NCBI GenBank assembly: GCA_965216565.1
Contig: OZ244170.1
Location: 3,616,001-3,680,000 of the forward strand
Length of the DNA: 64,000 nucleotides
Origin: Bythopirellula sp.
GTDB taxonomy: Bacteria > Planctomycetota > Planctomycetia > Pirellulales > Lacipirellulaceae
Direction: 5' to 3'
Made by a program: the position numbers and the translations under genes. Positions within the stretch are counted from its first letter, which is position 1. Every line of letters begins with the position of its first letter. Positions 40,270 through 49,686 of the stretch are shown here, piece by piece. Under the pieces are notes generated by a model that worked only from the letters and a program-made list of their open reading frames with translations, was not told the DNA's origin and searched no databases.

Positions 40270-42051
40270 TTAGTAGTTATACTCGATGCCTGTTTGCAAA
40301 CCGTGAATCAACAGCGAACCGTTGGAATGAATCCAACCGACTTGAGCTGGTGAGTTGAACGATGGAGGGATCTGATCGGTCGTTAGAGCCACGCCGGTCA
40401 CACCCATCACTCTCCAACCGCCATACACCCGGCAGTTGCAGCTATACCTGTAACTCGCTCCTAAGCGAAGTTCGCCGAGGATCGATACGTCGTCCTTGTC
40501 GTTCTCTACGTAGGTCGAGTCATTGCCATTATTTGCGTGTCGGACGGTACCGGCAGTAGGTGCATCCATCCACTGGGCAACTTCGATGTGATTGCCGTAC
40601 AGGCCAACGTTCGAAGCACAATGAAGTGCTAGACGTCCACTGCTACCACAGCGATAAGTACCTCGGCAGCCAAGCTGTCCACCGTACAGTGTGTTATCAG
40701 TCTGTACGTTGTAGGCAAGGAAGCTCTGAACATTGGTATCCATTCGCTCGAAATCGGTGCGGAACCAGAAGTCGTCGTCCATGCGGAGGAAGCGTGCACC
40801 GAGAACGGTGGTCACAGAGTAACGAGGTAGCGAAGCGCCGCAACCTCCACAGCCACCCATGCTGCAGCAGCCATCGCAGCCGCCAGCACCACATCCACCC
40901 ATGCCACATGCAGAACCGCCCATGCCGCAAGCACCGGCACCCGAGCAACCAGAGCTCAGAGCTGGGATCCGTAGCAAGTTCGCTTCGATATTCTGCATCG
41001 AGAACGTATTGCGTACCGAGAACTGACGCACTTCTACATCGTAGGGTGCGGTGCGATCCTCAGTCGGTGGACCGTAATCGTAGTAGTCATTAACCGGTCG
41101 ATAGTCAGCCACAAGACCTGTTGGGCTGTATTCCCAACCGCGGAAATCGATCATGCCGTACAGACGGTTGGCGTCGACAGTCGTATCGGTGACGAACGAA
41201 GTAGCACTCTCTTCGAACAATCCCCAGTAGACAACTTCCCAACCATGAGTTGGTCCGCAACCACAGGAGCCTGCACCACAACCATAGGCGTCGCAGCCGC
41301 CGTAGCCACAGCCACCGGCACCACGTCCACCGCCCATGTAGGCACCCAGACGAAACTCAACACCGGCTTGGTAGTCGATGTCAGCATCGCGAACCTCCAG
41401 GTTCACTTCGCCGTCTGCTGGGTAGTAGCCAGGAGCACCCGGGGTGGGCGTGGAGAACGAGATTGGCACGTACGGACCACGATCGCGATCCATCAATAAG
41501 CCATAAACGCCGCCGAACCATTGTGGGCGACATCCACCACAAGCGCCATCGAGGCAACCTACACCGGCGTGTTGGCCAGCACATTGGCAATAGCTTTGTC
41601 CACCGTTGAATGTGTTGTACGAGTTGTAGCAACCACCATCGCATCCACTGTAGCTACCTTGGTAGGCAGGGGCGGGAGCAGGGGCTTGTCCCTGGCAGTT
41701 GCCCGTAGGACAACCAGCAGCAGGCACCTGCGCTGGAACCTGTTCTGTGTAGTTTTGGTGACCTTCGCCGTGGTGCTCCATGGCCGAGTAGGCCATGGCC
41801 GTGTACGGCGGGGTTTGAGCATAGCGACTCGCAGGCTGAGTCGGTGCCGCGTAAGGCTGTCCCGATGCCTGGGGTGCAAAACTCTGCCAAGGTTGTTGGG
41901 CGGAGTAGGCAGCGGGGTTCTGCTGCTGTTGAGGCGGATTGGAATATCCGTACTGATTGTATTGGGCACGGACGGCGTCGGCTCCTTGCAGAAGCACGGC
42001 CATAGCGGCCAATGCCGCGATTCCGCTCCCTCGGGTCCACGAAACTCTCAT
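40270..42051 (-). CDS. Planctomycete outer-membrane beta-barrel (BBP7/DUF1551-like) protein
   Basis: Signal peptide, Gln/Pro and Cys/Gly-rich N-terminus, alternating beta strands, C-terminal HGLQTGIEYNY; ATG 42051. Confidence 0.8.
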   Translation of the reverse strand: MRVSWTRGSGIAALAAMAVLLQGADAVRAQYNQYGYSNPPQQQQNPAAYSAQQPWQSFAPQASGQPYAAPTQPASRYAQTPPYTAMAYSAMEHHGEGHQNYTEQVPAQVPAAGCPTGNCQGQAPAPAPAYQGSYSGCDGGCYNSYNTFNGGQSYCQCAGQHAGVGCLDGACGGCRPQWFGGVYGLLMDRDRGPYVPISFSTPTPGAPGYYPADGEVNLEVRDADIDYQAGVEFRLGAYMGGGRGAGGCGYGGCDAYGCGAGSCGCGPTHGWEVVYWGLFEESATSFVTDTTVDANRLYGMIDFRGWEYSPTGLVADYRPVNDYYDYGPPTEDRTAPYDVEVRQFSVRNTFSMQNIEANLLRIPALSSGCSGAGACGMGGSACGMGGCGAGGCDGCCSMGGCGGCGASLPRYSVTTVLGARFLRMDDDFWFRTDFERMDTNVQSFLAYNVQTDNTLYGGQLGCRGTYRCGSSGRLALHCASNVGLYGNHIEVAQWMDAPTAGTVRHANNGNDSTYVENDKDDVSILGELRLGASYRYSCNCRVYGGWRVMGVTGVALTTDQIPPSFNSPAQVGWIHSNGSLLIHGLQTGIEYNY

Positions 42052-42379
42052 TCGTCGGGTCTCCTTTACGTGGTATTGCTCCCATCCTTGGGAACAGGCA
42101 CCGGTGCAGTTGTACGTGTTTTTTCTGTTAATCCCGTTTTCGTACTTTGTCTGCGTCGGCAAAAAAATTGCATACTGCGAGTTTGGACGTAGAGATTCGT
42201 CCCTAGATGCCAATCGACCAGTACGACCGGTACGCATTGGTAAGGCTTGCAGACTGCAAAGATGTTTTTCTGGGTCCCAGAGAAAGAACCGTTGTAACCG
42301 TCAAGCTCTAGCAGGCACAGGTTTCCAGGCCCGCAAAGTTTACCTGAGCGTTACAGCGAAGCCCTAAGGGACCAGACGC

Positions 42380-43201
42380 TTAGGCCGCTTGCGGCTTAGC
42401 AACTTCACTCGCCTTATAGAGGGCGATCACTTCATCAGCCAAGGCGCGATAATCAACGGCACCGGCCGATTGGGGGGCGTAGCGGAAAATCGACTGCTCG
42501 AAGCTGGGGGCCTCAGCCAGCCGTATATTCCGGCGAATTCGCGATTCGAACAGATGCACGTTCTTCCAGGCTGAGCCTCGCCCACGAGCGTCCTGGAAGA
42601 AGGCCTCGACGTCGCCCGTTACCTCAGCCGCCAACCGGGTGCCCGATTCGTACAAACAGAACATTACCCCGGCTAACCGCAAACGATTGTTGAGTCGTTT
42701 GCCCACCAGGTCGATCGTCTCCAACAATTTGCTCAATCCGTGCAGCGCCAAAAAATGCGGCTGCAACGGCAGGAACACATCGTCGACGGCCGACAGTGCG
42801 TTGATGGTTAAGATGCCGAGTGACGGTGGGCAATCGATGATCAGGTAATCGAACTTGCCAGCCGCCGCGCTCATCTTATCGCGCAAAATTACCTCGCGAC
42901 CGACCACGCCCGCAAGTTCCACTTCGGCAGCCGCCAAATCGATGTGTGAGGGCACCACGCTCAGGTTCTCGCTGATCGTTTGCCAGGCATCTGCCAGTGG
43001 GACATCGCTGGTGAGTAAATCGTAAGATGTGGGCAATGGCGATTGAGGATTGAGACCCAAGTGCAATGAGGCATGTGCCTGCGGATCGAGATCGATCAAT
43101 CCCACGCGGCAACCACTTTCGGCGAGTGCCGCGCTGAGGTTCACAGCGGTCGTGGTTTTCCCCACGCCGCCCTTCTGATTGATAATGGCAATGGATCGCA
43201 T
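42380..43201 (-). CDS. parA: ParA/Soj family ATPase
   Basis: NQKGGVGKTTT, DLDPQ, IDCPPSLG and LAEAPS motifs. Confidence 0.93.
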   Translation of the reverse strand: MRSIAIINQKGGVGKTTTAVNLSAALAESGCRVGLIDLDPQAHASLHLGLNPQSPLPTSYDLLTSDVPLADAWQTISENLSVVPSHIDLAAAEVELAGVVGREVILRDKMSAAAGKFDYLIIDCPPSLGILTINALSAVDDVFLPLQPHFLALHGLSKLLETIDLVGKRLNNRLRLAGVMFCLYESGTRLAAEVTGDVEAFFQDARGRGSAWKNVHLFESRIRRNIRLAEAPSFEQSIFRYAPQSAGAVDYRALADEVIALYKASEVAKPQAA

Positions 43202-43302
43202 GTGTGCTGTCCGCTCGATCGACTTGTGGGGTGTGATGCGGCGCAGCGAAATCGCACCGCAAGGGCGGCGAAGTATAGAAAGTCCCCCCTGAGCAACCCA
43301 GA

Positions 43303-43866
43303 TCATTCCGAGGGATTGCTAGCACCTTTGATGGCTGTATCCCTCGTTAGGCCTAACGACAAAAAATACTCCTGGAGCGTTTCTGCCATTGGCTGGCACG
43401 CGATGAGTTCGACATTGCCGCTGTCGGACATAAGTTTGCCCAGAGTCTCAAAATCGTCGGTGAATAAGACCGTCATTTCGCGGCCCTCTTGGGCGAACCG
43501 TAATGCCCATTTCCAACCGACGAGATTCGCCAATTGAACGTCCCAGAGATAATTGGAATCGGAGGTGAGGGCAAACCTCAAGTGGACCATCCCTCGCGCA
43601 TCAGAAAGGTCGACGCTAGAAAGTACCGAGTATCCCGGAAGAATTGGTAACGTCTCAAGCGAAGCTGGCTCACTCCCATTGGGGTCGAATTGGAGCAGCA
43701 TCGCCTCGACCTCGCCGTCTTCGACAATCAGGCGGGCATTGTCAGGCCCCCAAAACTGAGTGGCCCGATGTGCCGATTCATAGCGGTTCCACCACGAATA
43801 AACGCCCAGCGCAATGGCCAGACACATGAGCAAGACGACAAGTTTGGTTCCGGATTGCAAAGACAT
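43303..43866 (-). CDS. Hypothetical membrane-anchored protein
   Basis: N-terminal TM helix; GGAGA RBS. Confidence 0.7.
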   Translation of the reverse strand: MSLQSGTKLVVLLMCLAIALGVYSWWNRYESAHRATQFWGPDNARLIVEDGEVEAMLLQFDPNGSEPASLETLPILPGYSVLSSVDLSDARGMVHLRFALTSDSNYLWDVQLANLVGWKWALRFAQEGREMTVLFTDDFETLGKLMSDSGNVELIACQPMAETLQEYFLSLGLTRDTAIKGASNPSE

Positions 43867-43978
43867 TTCTCCCAGGAGTTCGATCGACGCCGCTTTTTCT
43901 CACCTGCCAAGCTCAGTATACTAACCGTTCTGCGAAGATATTAAACACGCTTGCAATTAGCATATCTGGAATGAACGA

Positions 43979-44200
43979 ATGCCCGATAAATTCGATCCTT
44001 ACCGCGAAGCTCTCGTGATGGAAACCGCCACGGTTTGGCCGGAAGAGTACGATCTGGACCCCCGCCAGCAGTTTGAACTGGAATCTTTGCTGCACGAGTC
44101 GCCCGAAGAGGCTTCTCAATTGGAGTATGTCCGAACGCATACCGGCTTTTGCCGCACGATTCACGTCACCGAAGAAGATTATCAGCGCGTTGCTACCTAG
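43979..44200 (+). CDS. Small acidic hypothetical protein
   Basis: 73 aa, MPDKFDPYREALV...YVRTHTGFCR.I; fills the gap before aroB. Confidence 0.7.
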   Translation: MPDKFDPYREALVMETATVWPEEYDLDPRQQFELESLLHESPEEASQLEYVRTHTGFCRTIHVTEEDYQRVAT

Positions 44201-44248
44201 CCCTCAGCATTGCTGGGGGGACTTGTCTCAAGAAATAGAAAGCACATT

Positions 44249-45340
44249 GTGACTGCCCAGGCCAAAATCACCCGCGTTGAGTTGGCCGAGCGTAGCTACG
44301 ATATCGAAATCGGCAGCGGCAATCTTTCCAACTTGGCCAACTTCCTCGGCCCCCGCAGCCAATCGTCGCACGCGGTGATTGTCACCGATACGAACGTCGA
44401 CGGGCTTTATGCCGACAAGCTTGGCGACCAACTCACCGAAAACGAGTGGGAGGTGCACCTACTGATTGTCGAGGCCGGCGAGCGCAGCAAATTGCCCGAG
44501 GTGGCCTTCGATCTGTGGGAAACCATGCTTGCCGAGGGCACCGATCGCCAGTCTGCCGTAGTAGCCATCGGCGGTGGCGTGGTCGGCGATTTGGCCGGAT
44601 TTGTCGCGGCAACGTTCGCCCGGGGGCTGGAGTTTTTCCAAGTCCCTACAACGCTACTCGCACAAGTCGATAGCTCCGTCGGCGGCAAGGTCGGCATCAA
44701 CTTGCCCGGAGCCAAAAACATGGTCGGCGCCTTCTGGCAACCGCAAGGTGTGTTGGTGGACGTCGACGTGCTCGGCACGCTCTCCGATCGCGAGTATCGC
44801 GCGGGACTCGCCGAGGTGGTGAAGTACGGTGTGATTCTCGACGAAAAGTTCTTTGCCTACTTGGAAGCAAATGTCGATGCCATTAATGAACGCCAATCGC
44901 AGGCACTCACTTACATCGTCGAAAGCTGCTGCCGCTTAAAGGCCGACGTGGTGGAAGCCGACGAGCGAGAAATCACCGGCCTGCGTGCCGTACTCAACTA
45001 CGGCCATACCTTCGCGCATGCCTTTGAGGCTGCCGGCGACTATGGCGAGATGCTCCATGGCGAAGCGGTATCGATGGGTATGATGTGTGCCGCTCGACTC
45101 GCCGAACGACTCGGTCGAGTCGACGCTAACTTTGTCGAGCGGCAAACCAAGTTGTTAACTGCCCTCCAACTGCCTCTGGAAGTGCCGAAGTTTGAAGCCG
45201 ACGAACTGATCGACTTGATGCGACGCGACAAAAAGGTCGATCAGGGGCAATTGCGATTTGTGCTCCCGAGTAGGATGGGACACGTGGAATTGGTCAAGGA
45301 TGTGCGTACCGACGACGTTCTTGCGGCCCTCAAGGGCTAG
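44249..45340 (+). CDS. aroB: 3-dehydroquinate synthase
   Basis: GGGVVGDLAGF, PTTLLAQVDSSVGGK, KNMVGAF, LNYGHT and HGEAV motifs. Confidence 0.97.
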   Translation: MTAQAKITRVELAERSYDIEIGSGNLSNLANFLGPRSQSSHAVIVTDTNVDGLYADKLGDQLTENEWEVHLLIVEAGERSKLPEVAFDLWETMLAEGTDRQSAVVAIGGGVVGDLAGFVAATFARGLEFFQVPTTLLAQVDSSVGGKVGINLPGAKNMVGAFWQPQGVLVDVDVLGTLSDREYRAGLAEVVKYGVILDEKFFAYLEANVDAINERQSQALTYIVESCCRLKADVVEADEREITGLRAVLNYGHTFAHAFEAAGDYGEMLHGEAVSMGMMCAARLAERLGRVDANFVERQTKLLTALQLPLEVPKFEADELIDLMRRDKKVDQGQLRFVLPSRMGHVELVKDVRTDDVLAALKG

Positions 45341-45355
45341 AGCGGTTAGCTCATA

Positions 45356-46492
45356 ATGTCTGTCACTTCAGACCCTAATGTAGTAGGCCAACAAGAGGGT
45401 GTGCGCCAGCAGCTCCTACTAGCGCTGGTGCCGGGCATTGGCCCGCTCATCCGTCGCAAGTTGCTGGGTAGATTTGTGACAGCCGATGCGGTGCTCGGCG
45501 CTTCGGCCGGTGAACTGCAGTGTGTCGATGGCATCGGACCTACCTTGGCACGTCGCATCACGAAGGCGGACGAAGAGGTTGACGTCGATGAGCAGTTGCG
45601 AATCGCTCGTGAAAACGATGTGCAAATCCTGCTCGAATCTCATCCAGAATATCCACCGCTACTCAAAGAGATCCCCGATCCACCCGGTGTTCTGTTTGTC
45701 AAAGGGTCGCTCCGCTCCGGCGACCAACTCGCCATTGGCATTGTTGGCACACGACACGCAAGTCGCTACGGTTTGAAGCAGGCGGCAGCGTTTGCCACTA
45801 GCTTGGCTCGCGCAGGCATCACGGTTGTCAGCGGCATGGCTCGTGGTATCGATAGCGCAGCCCACCGCGCGGCTCTCGACGCCGGCGGCCGCACCATCGC
45901 CGTGTTGGCCAGTGGGGTGTTGAAACCTTATCCGCCTGAGAATGCGCAACTTGCCGAAGAGATTGCCACACAAGGTTGCCTCATGAGCGAAGCCGCACCC
46001 ACCATGCCGCCAATCAGTGGCATGTTTCCGCAACGCAATCGGATCATCAGCGGTCTCTGCGTTGGGTCCATTGTCATCGAAGCCGCCGACCGCTCCGGAG
46101 CACTCATCACTGCCCGCCATGCTTGGGAGCAAAACCGCGAAGTGTTTGCCTTGCCGGGACAAATCGATAGCCGCACTTCCCAAGGACCACACCGACTCAT
46201 CCGCGACGGAGCCAAACTCGTGACGTGCATTGAAGATGTGCTGGAAGAGTTGGGGCCACTCGCAGAAGAAACTTCGCGCGAGGACGGCAGCACAGTCCGC
46301 GTGCCGGCAGAGGTGATGCTGAACGAAATCGAACAACAAGTGCTGCAAGCCATCGACCCCAAGGGGTCCCTCATCGACGATGTCACTCAAGCCTCTGGCT
46401 TACCCGTGCACCGAGTACTCTCGACAATCCACGTCCTAGAAATGCGGCAACTGGTCCGCCGAGTCAGCGGCAACCGCGTAGCCAGGGTCTAG
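45356..46492 (+). CDS. dprA: DNA-processing protein DprA
   Basis: IVGTR, VSGMARGID.AAH, FPQRNRIISGL, SGALITA and VFALPG motifs. Confidence 0.96.
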   Translation: MSVTSDPNVVGQQEGVRQQLLLALVPGIGPLIRRKLLGRFVTADAVLGASAGELQCVDGIGPTLARRITKADEEVDVDEQLRIARENDVQILLESHPEYPPLLKEIPDPPGVLFVKGSLRSGDQLAIGIVGTRHASRYGLKQAAAFATSLARAGITVVSGMARGIDSAAHRAALDAGGRTIAVLASGVLKPYPPENAQLAEEIATQGCLMSEAAPTMPPISGMFPQRNRIISGLCVGSIVIEAADRSGALITARHAWEQNREVFALPGQIDSRTSQGPHRLIRDGAKLVTCIEDVLEELGPLAEETSREDGSTVRVPAEVMLNEIEQQVLQAIDPKGSLIDDVTQASGLPVHRVLSTIHVLEMRQLVRRVSGNRVARV

Positions 46493-46765
46493 CAGATCGG
46501 TGAAGCGTTGAATCCGCTGGGCCTAAGCAGCTCACCCCCCTGCAGGACTATCGCACGATAGCTCAAGTGTGGCAGAATCGATCACATCGAAATCTCACAC
46601 CTGGGCTGATTTCTGCCAATTTGGGAACAAAATTGCAAGTTTGGCAGTCCTAGGTATTGATGGTGATTGATGCGAACCAATCGGGTACGTTATCCCGTAA
46701 CAGACTAGCTACCAACAAGTTGCGCGTCTGCTGGCAGATACTGAAACGCCCTAATTCCCGTATCG

Positions 46766-46781
46766 CGGCATGAAACTTGCA
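46766..46781 (+). promoter_or_regulatory. Candidate sigma54 (-24/-12) promoter for the ECF sigma gene
   Basis: CGGCATGAAACTTGCA, with the exact GG-N10-GC spacing of TGGCACG-N4-TTGCW. Confidence 0.55.
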
Positions 46782-46934
46782 TTTCTTCGTCACTATCGGA
46801 ATGACCGATTACTCCATCACCCAAGGATCCGCACTTGTTTAGTTGCGAGGGTTGATGGACTCCAACTTGGACGGCAGGGAGAAAGGATCTTCTCCTAGTT
46901 TACGTCGAACCCTCAGCACGAGGAGTTCGTAGAA

Positions 46935-47588
46935 ATGATGAAGCAACAAACCCAAAATTTGAAAAACGATGAATCACTCGTTGTGGACTTTACTGACCAC
47001 ACCGATGAGCAATTGTTTCGCCAATATCGCGAATCGGAAGATTCGTTGATATTTACCGAGTTGGTCTCACGTTACCAACGTGAGCTATATAATTATTTGC
47101 GACGTTTTCTCGGCGATGCCGCCATGGCCGAGGACGTGTTTCAGGCAACTTTCCTACAGGTCCACGTCAAACGCGAGTTATTCCAGTCGGGTCGCAAGTT
47201 TCGACCCTGGCTCTATACCATCGCCACCAACCAAGCCATCGACGCACAGCGCCGCAACCGTCGGCACAAGCGATTGAGTCTCGACCAGGCTCAACGCACT
47301 AGCGGTGAAGAGATGGGTACGTTGATGGACATGGTAGCGACGGGCGACTCCACCCCCTACGAGCAAGCGGAAAAAACTGAGCAAGCCGAGTGGATTCGCG
47401 CGGCTGTCGATAACTTGCCAGAAACCTTGCAAAGCGCTGTCCAGCTAGTTTACTTCCGAGGGATGAAATACCGTGACGCTGCAAAGATTATGTCAGTGCC
47501 TGTGGGAACGGTTAAGAGCCGCCTACATTCAGCACTGCAGAAGCTTGGGCAATCGTGGCGGGACGTTCAGCCTCAAGAAATGCGTTGA
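46935..47588 (+). CDS. ECF-subfamily RNA polymerase sigma factor
   Basis: AEDVFQATF, FRPWLYTIATNQAID and VPVGTVKSRL motifs; AGGAG RBS. Confidence 0.95.
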   Translation: MMKQQTQNLKNDESLVVDFTDHTDEQLFRQYRESEDSLIFTELVSRYQRELYNYLRRFLGDAAMAEDVFQATFLQVHVKRELFQSGRKFRPWLYTIATNQAIDAQRRNRRHKRLSLDQAQRTSGEEMGTLMDMVATGDSTPYEQAEKTEQAEWIRAAVDNLPETLQSAVQLVYFRGMKYRDAAKIMSVPVGTVKSRLHSALQKLGQSWRDVQPQEMR

Positions 47589-47726
47589 TCTTCAGTCGGA
47601 TACAATTGGCCAGCTTCAATTGTGCCCCGTCAACTCCACATCCAACACAACCAACCGCAAGCCCGTCATCTCCATGGCGGGCTTGTGTTTTATCAATGAC
47701 GACTTCTCGATTCGGAGGTGCAACCG

Positions 47727-48725
47727 ATGAGAGACCAACTGCTTGCCTATCTACTCGACGACCTCGAGCCCAAACAGCGCCAACGCGTCGAAGAACACAT
47801 CGCCAACGATCCCACCTGGCAACATGAATTCGAAAAGTTAAAGTCCTGCCTGGAATCGGGCGAAGAGCCGCCAGAAAAAACAACTTGCCCACCACCCGAC
47901 TTGGTACAAAAGACGTGCTCATTAGTGCGTCTCTCCGATAGCCAGGGGCCGCCTGGATCTTTGAGTGAGGCTCGCGAATGTTGCTCCAATCGCCGCCGCT
48001 GGACGTTACTCGACTTGAGCATCGGCGCTGCGATCTTCGTCGCGATGGGTGCCCTGCTCTTCCCCGCCTTGGTCGAAAGCCGTCGCACCGCCCGTCGCCT
48101 GCAATGCCAGGATAATCTCAAGGAGATCGGCACCGCATTGATTAAATCGCACGAAGTCCAAGGTGAAGGCCTCCCCCATATCGGCTACCACGAGAATGCT
48201 GGGATGTTCGTTGTGGAACTGGCCGAACGCGGAACGATCGATCGTGGTGAGCTGTCTCGATTTCTTGTCTGCCCCAGTTCAGATCTGGCCGATGAAGTCT
48301 TCCAGGGTCGAACCGTATTGCGGATTCCGACTCGTCAGGAACTCCGCCAGCTTTCGCGTGAAGCTCTTACCGAATTGCGGCAACACATGAGCGGCAGCTA
48401 TGCCTATCAGTTTGGCTATCTCGACTCCGACGGCTCCTACCTGCCCATGCCGTTTGTAGGACGCAGCGATGTGCCAATTCTTGCCGATCGCCCCAACTTG
48501 TCAGCCTCGGGCATGGAAAGTTCCAATCACGGCGGTTGCGGGCAGAATATTTTTAGCCAGGACGGCAGTAGCCGATTTCTATCAACCTGCGAGTCCGATG
48601 AGTGTGTTGGGCATCCTTTTCTCAACGACGACGGTCGGCATGCTGCCGGCAAGAGCGAGCGCGATAACGTGCTCGGCCGCAGCGATGCGACGCCCGCGGG
48701 CTCGGTCATTCCACTCGGCAACTAG
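47727..48725 (+). CDS. Putative anti-sigma factor with pilin-like DUF1559 domain
   Basis: LLAYLLDDLEP...VEEHI (anti-sigma-like); RRWTLLDL..TM..FPALVESRRTARRLQCQDNLKEIG; NHGGCGQNIFSQDGS. Confidence 0.8.
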   Translation: MRDQLLAYLLDDLEPKQRQRVEEHIANDPTWQHEFEKLKSCLESGEEPPEKTTCPPPDLVQKTCSLVRLSDSQGPPGSLSEARECCSNRRRWTLLDLSIGAAIFVAMGALLFPALVESRRTARRLQCQDNLKEIGTALIKSHEVQGEGLPHIGYHENAGMFVVELAERGTIDRGELSRFLVCPSSDLADEVFQGRTVLRIPTRQELRQLSREALTELRQHMSGSYAYQFGYLDSDGSYLPMPFVGRSDVPILADRPNLSASGMESSNHGGCGQNIFSQDGSSRFLSTCESDECVGHPFLNDDGRHAAGKSERDNVLGRSDATPAGSVIPLGN

Positions 48726-48788
48726 AGCAGACGGTTTGGCTGCCTCGGTGTTTCATGACAAGTACGGTTAGAAGCAACTGAATGCGGA

Positions 48789-48989
48789 CTAGTCCTCATC
48801 AGATGCAGCCTTTCGATTGAGGAAGATACCAATACCGAATAGTGCCCCACCGACAAGCATCATTGGTAGTATGACTGACCGCCCGACTCCCAAGTCTTCG
48901 AGGCTCTCCTGGGGTATTCGCCGCAACACTGCCATGATGCCTACTATTGCCACTCCAAGTCCCGCGAGTAGCGTTCCCAAAATCTTCAT
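48789..48989 (-). CDS. Small two-TM membrane protein
   Basis: MKILGTLLAGLG..., two hydrophobic helices; GGAGA upstream of the ATG. Confidence 0.55.
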   Translation of the reverse strand: MKILGTLLAGLGVAIVGIMAVLRRIPQESLEDLGVGRSVILPMMLVGGALFGIGIFLNRKAASDED

Positions 48990-49115
48990 CGAAGGTTCTC
49001 CCAAAGTATTGTGCTCGTGACGGTCTGGTCTATTGAGCACCATTGCCAAGTGTAGCCAGGCGATGAACTTCTTGTAAGTTCGCCAATCCGCATCAATTCC
49101 TTAGACCTGTCTAGG

Positions 49116-49267
49116 CGGGTGCCATGCCCACGCATGGGGAGGCTCGATATCCGTTGGCTCGTCAAAACACATGGCCACACGGCTTCTCGGTAAGGTTACG
49201 CGTGGGCATGTGGTGCACGTGTTCATCCCGTAGGCCGTCGCCCTATTCGGCGTGGCCATGGCACCCG
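49116..49267. repeat. REP/REPIN-like nested inverted repeat element
   Basis: Outer arms CGGGTGCCATGCCCACGC (49116-49133) and GCGTGGCCATGGCACCCG (49250-49267), 17/18; inner arms CACATGGCCAC (49168-49178) and GTGGGCATGTG (49202-49212). Confidence 0.75.
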
Positions 49268-49460
49268 GCGATGACTGCGGTCGCCGCGATGGCCCACTTC
49301 AGTGTTAACAGGTTGCCCCGGGGCATCAGGGGCGTCCCCCAGGCGTTGCGAAAGTGCCACATTTGGGCGAATTGGCAAAGCCGGTTAGCCGGGCGGGAAA
49401 CTCAATTTTCCACTGATATTTCAGCATTTATGGAATTCCTGGGAACTTCTGGAACTCGCT

Positions 49461-49476
49461 TGGCATCCAAACTGCA
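49461..49476 (+). promoter_or_regulatory. Candidate sigma54 (-24/-12) promoter
   Basis: TGGCATCCAAACTGCA with exact GG-N10-GC spacing. Confidence 0.55.
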
Positions 49477-49486
49477 GAAGAGAAAG

Positions 49487-49686
49487 ACAACTTCCTTCAT
49501 TAGCCCCCCGTTTCATGGCCGCTCTCCCCACTGGGGAGAGCGGTAATTACAACCTCCCAAGCGAGACGAGTAAGAGACAGCCGCCGAACTTCCTTCCTCC
49601 CGAAGTTCGGCGGCCTTTATGACACCCTCCCAAGACCGCGATGGAGAGCCCTGTCCCCTCGGGCTCTCGTCGCGGTCTTTTCTTTT
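49487..49686 (+). ncRNA. Candidate three-hairpin small RNA with CU-rich motifs
   Basis: Hairpins 49519-49543, 49580-49614 (loop CTTCCTCCC) and 49634-49677 (loop TGTCCCCTC), then TTTTCTTTT; CCTCCCAAG in both linkers; sigma54-like promoter upstream. Confidence 0.6.

Noticed and set aside
42157..42172. Sigma54-like CGGCAAAAAAATTGCA
   Set aside because: Points away from the adjacent minus-strand gene, with no plus-strand gene downstream; likely chance.
49349..49361. GAAAGTGCCACA resembling an RNase P RNA motif
   Set aside because: The other conserved rnpB elements (GAGGAAAGTCC, terminal ACAGAA...GGCTTA) were not found.
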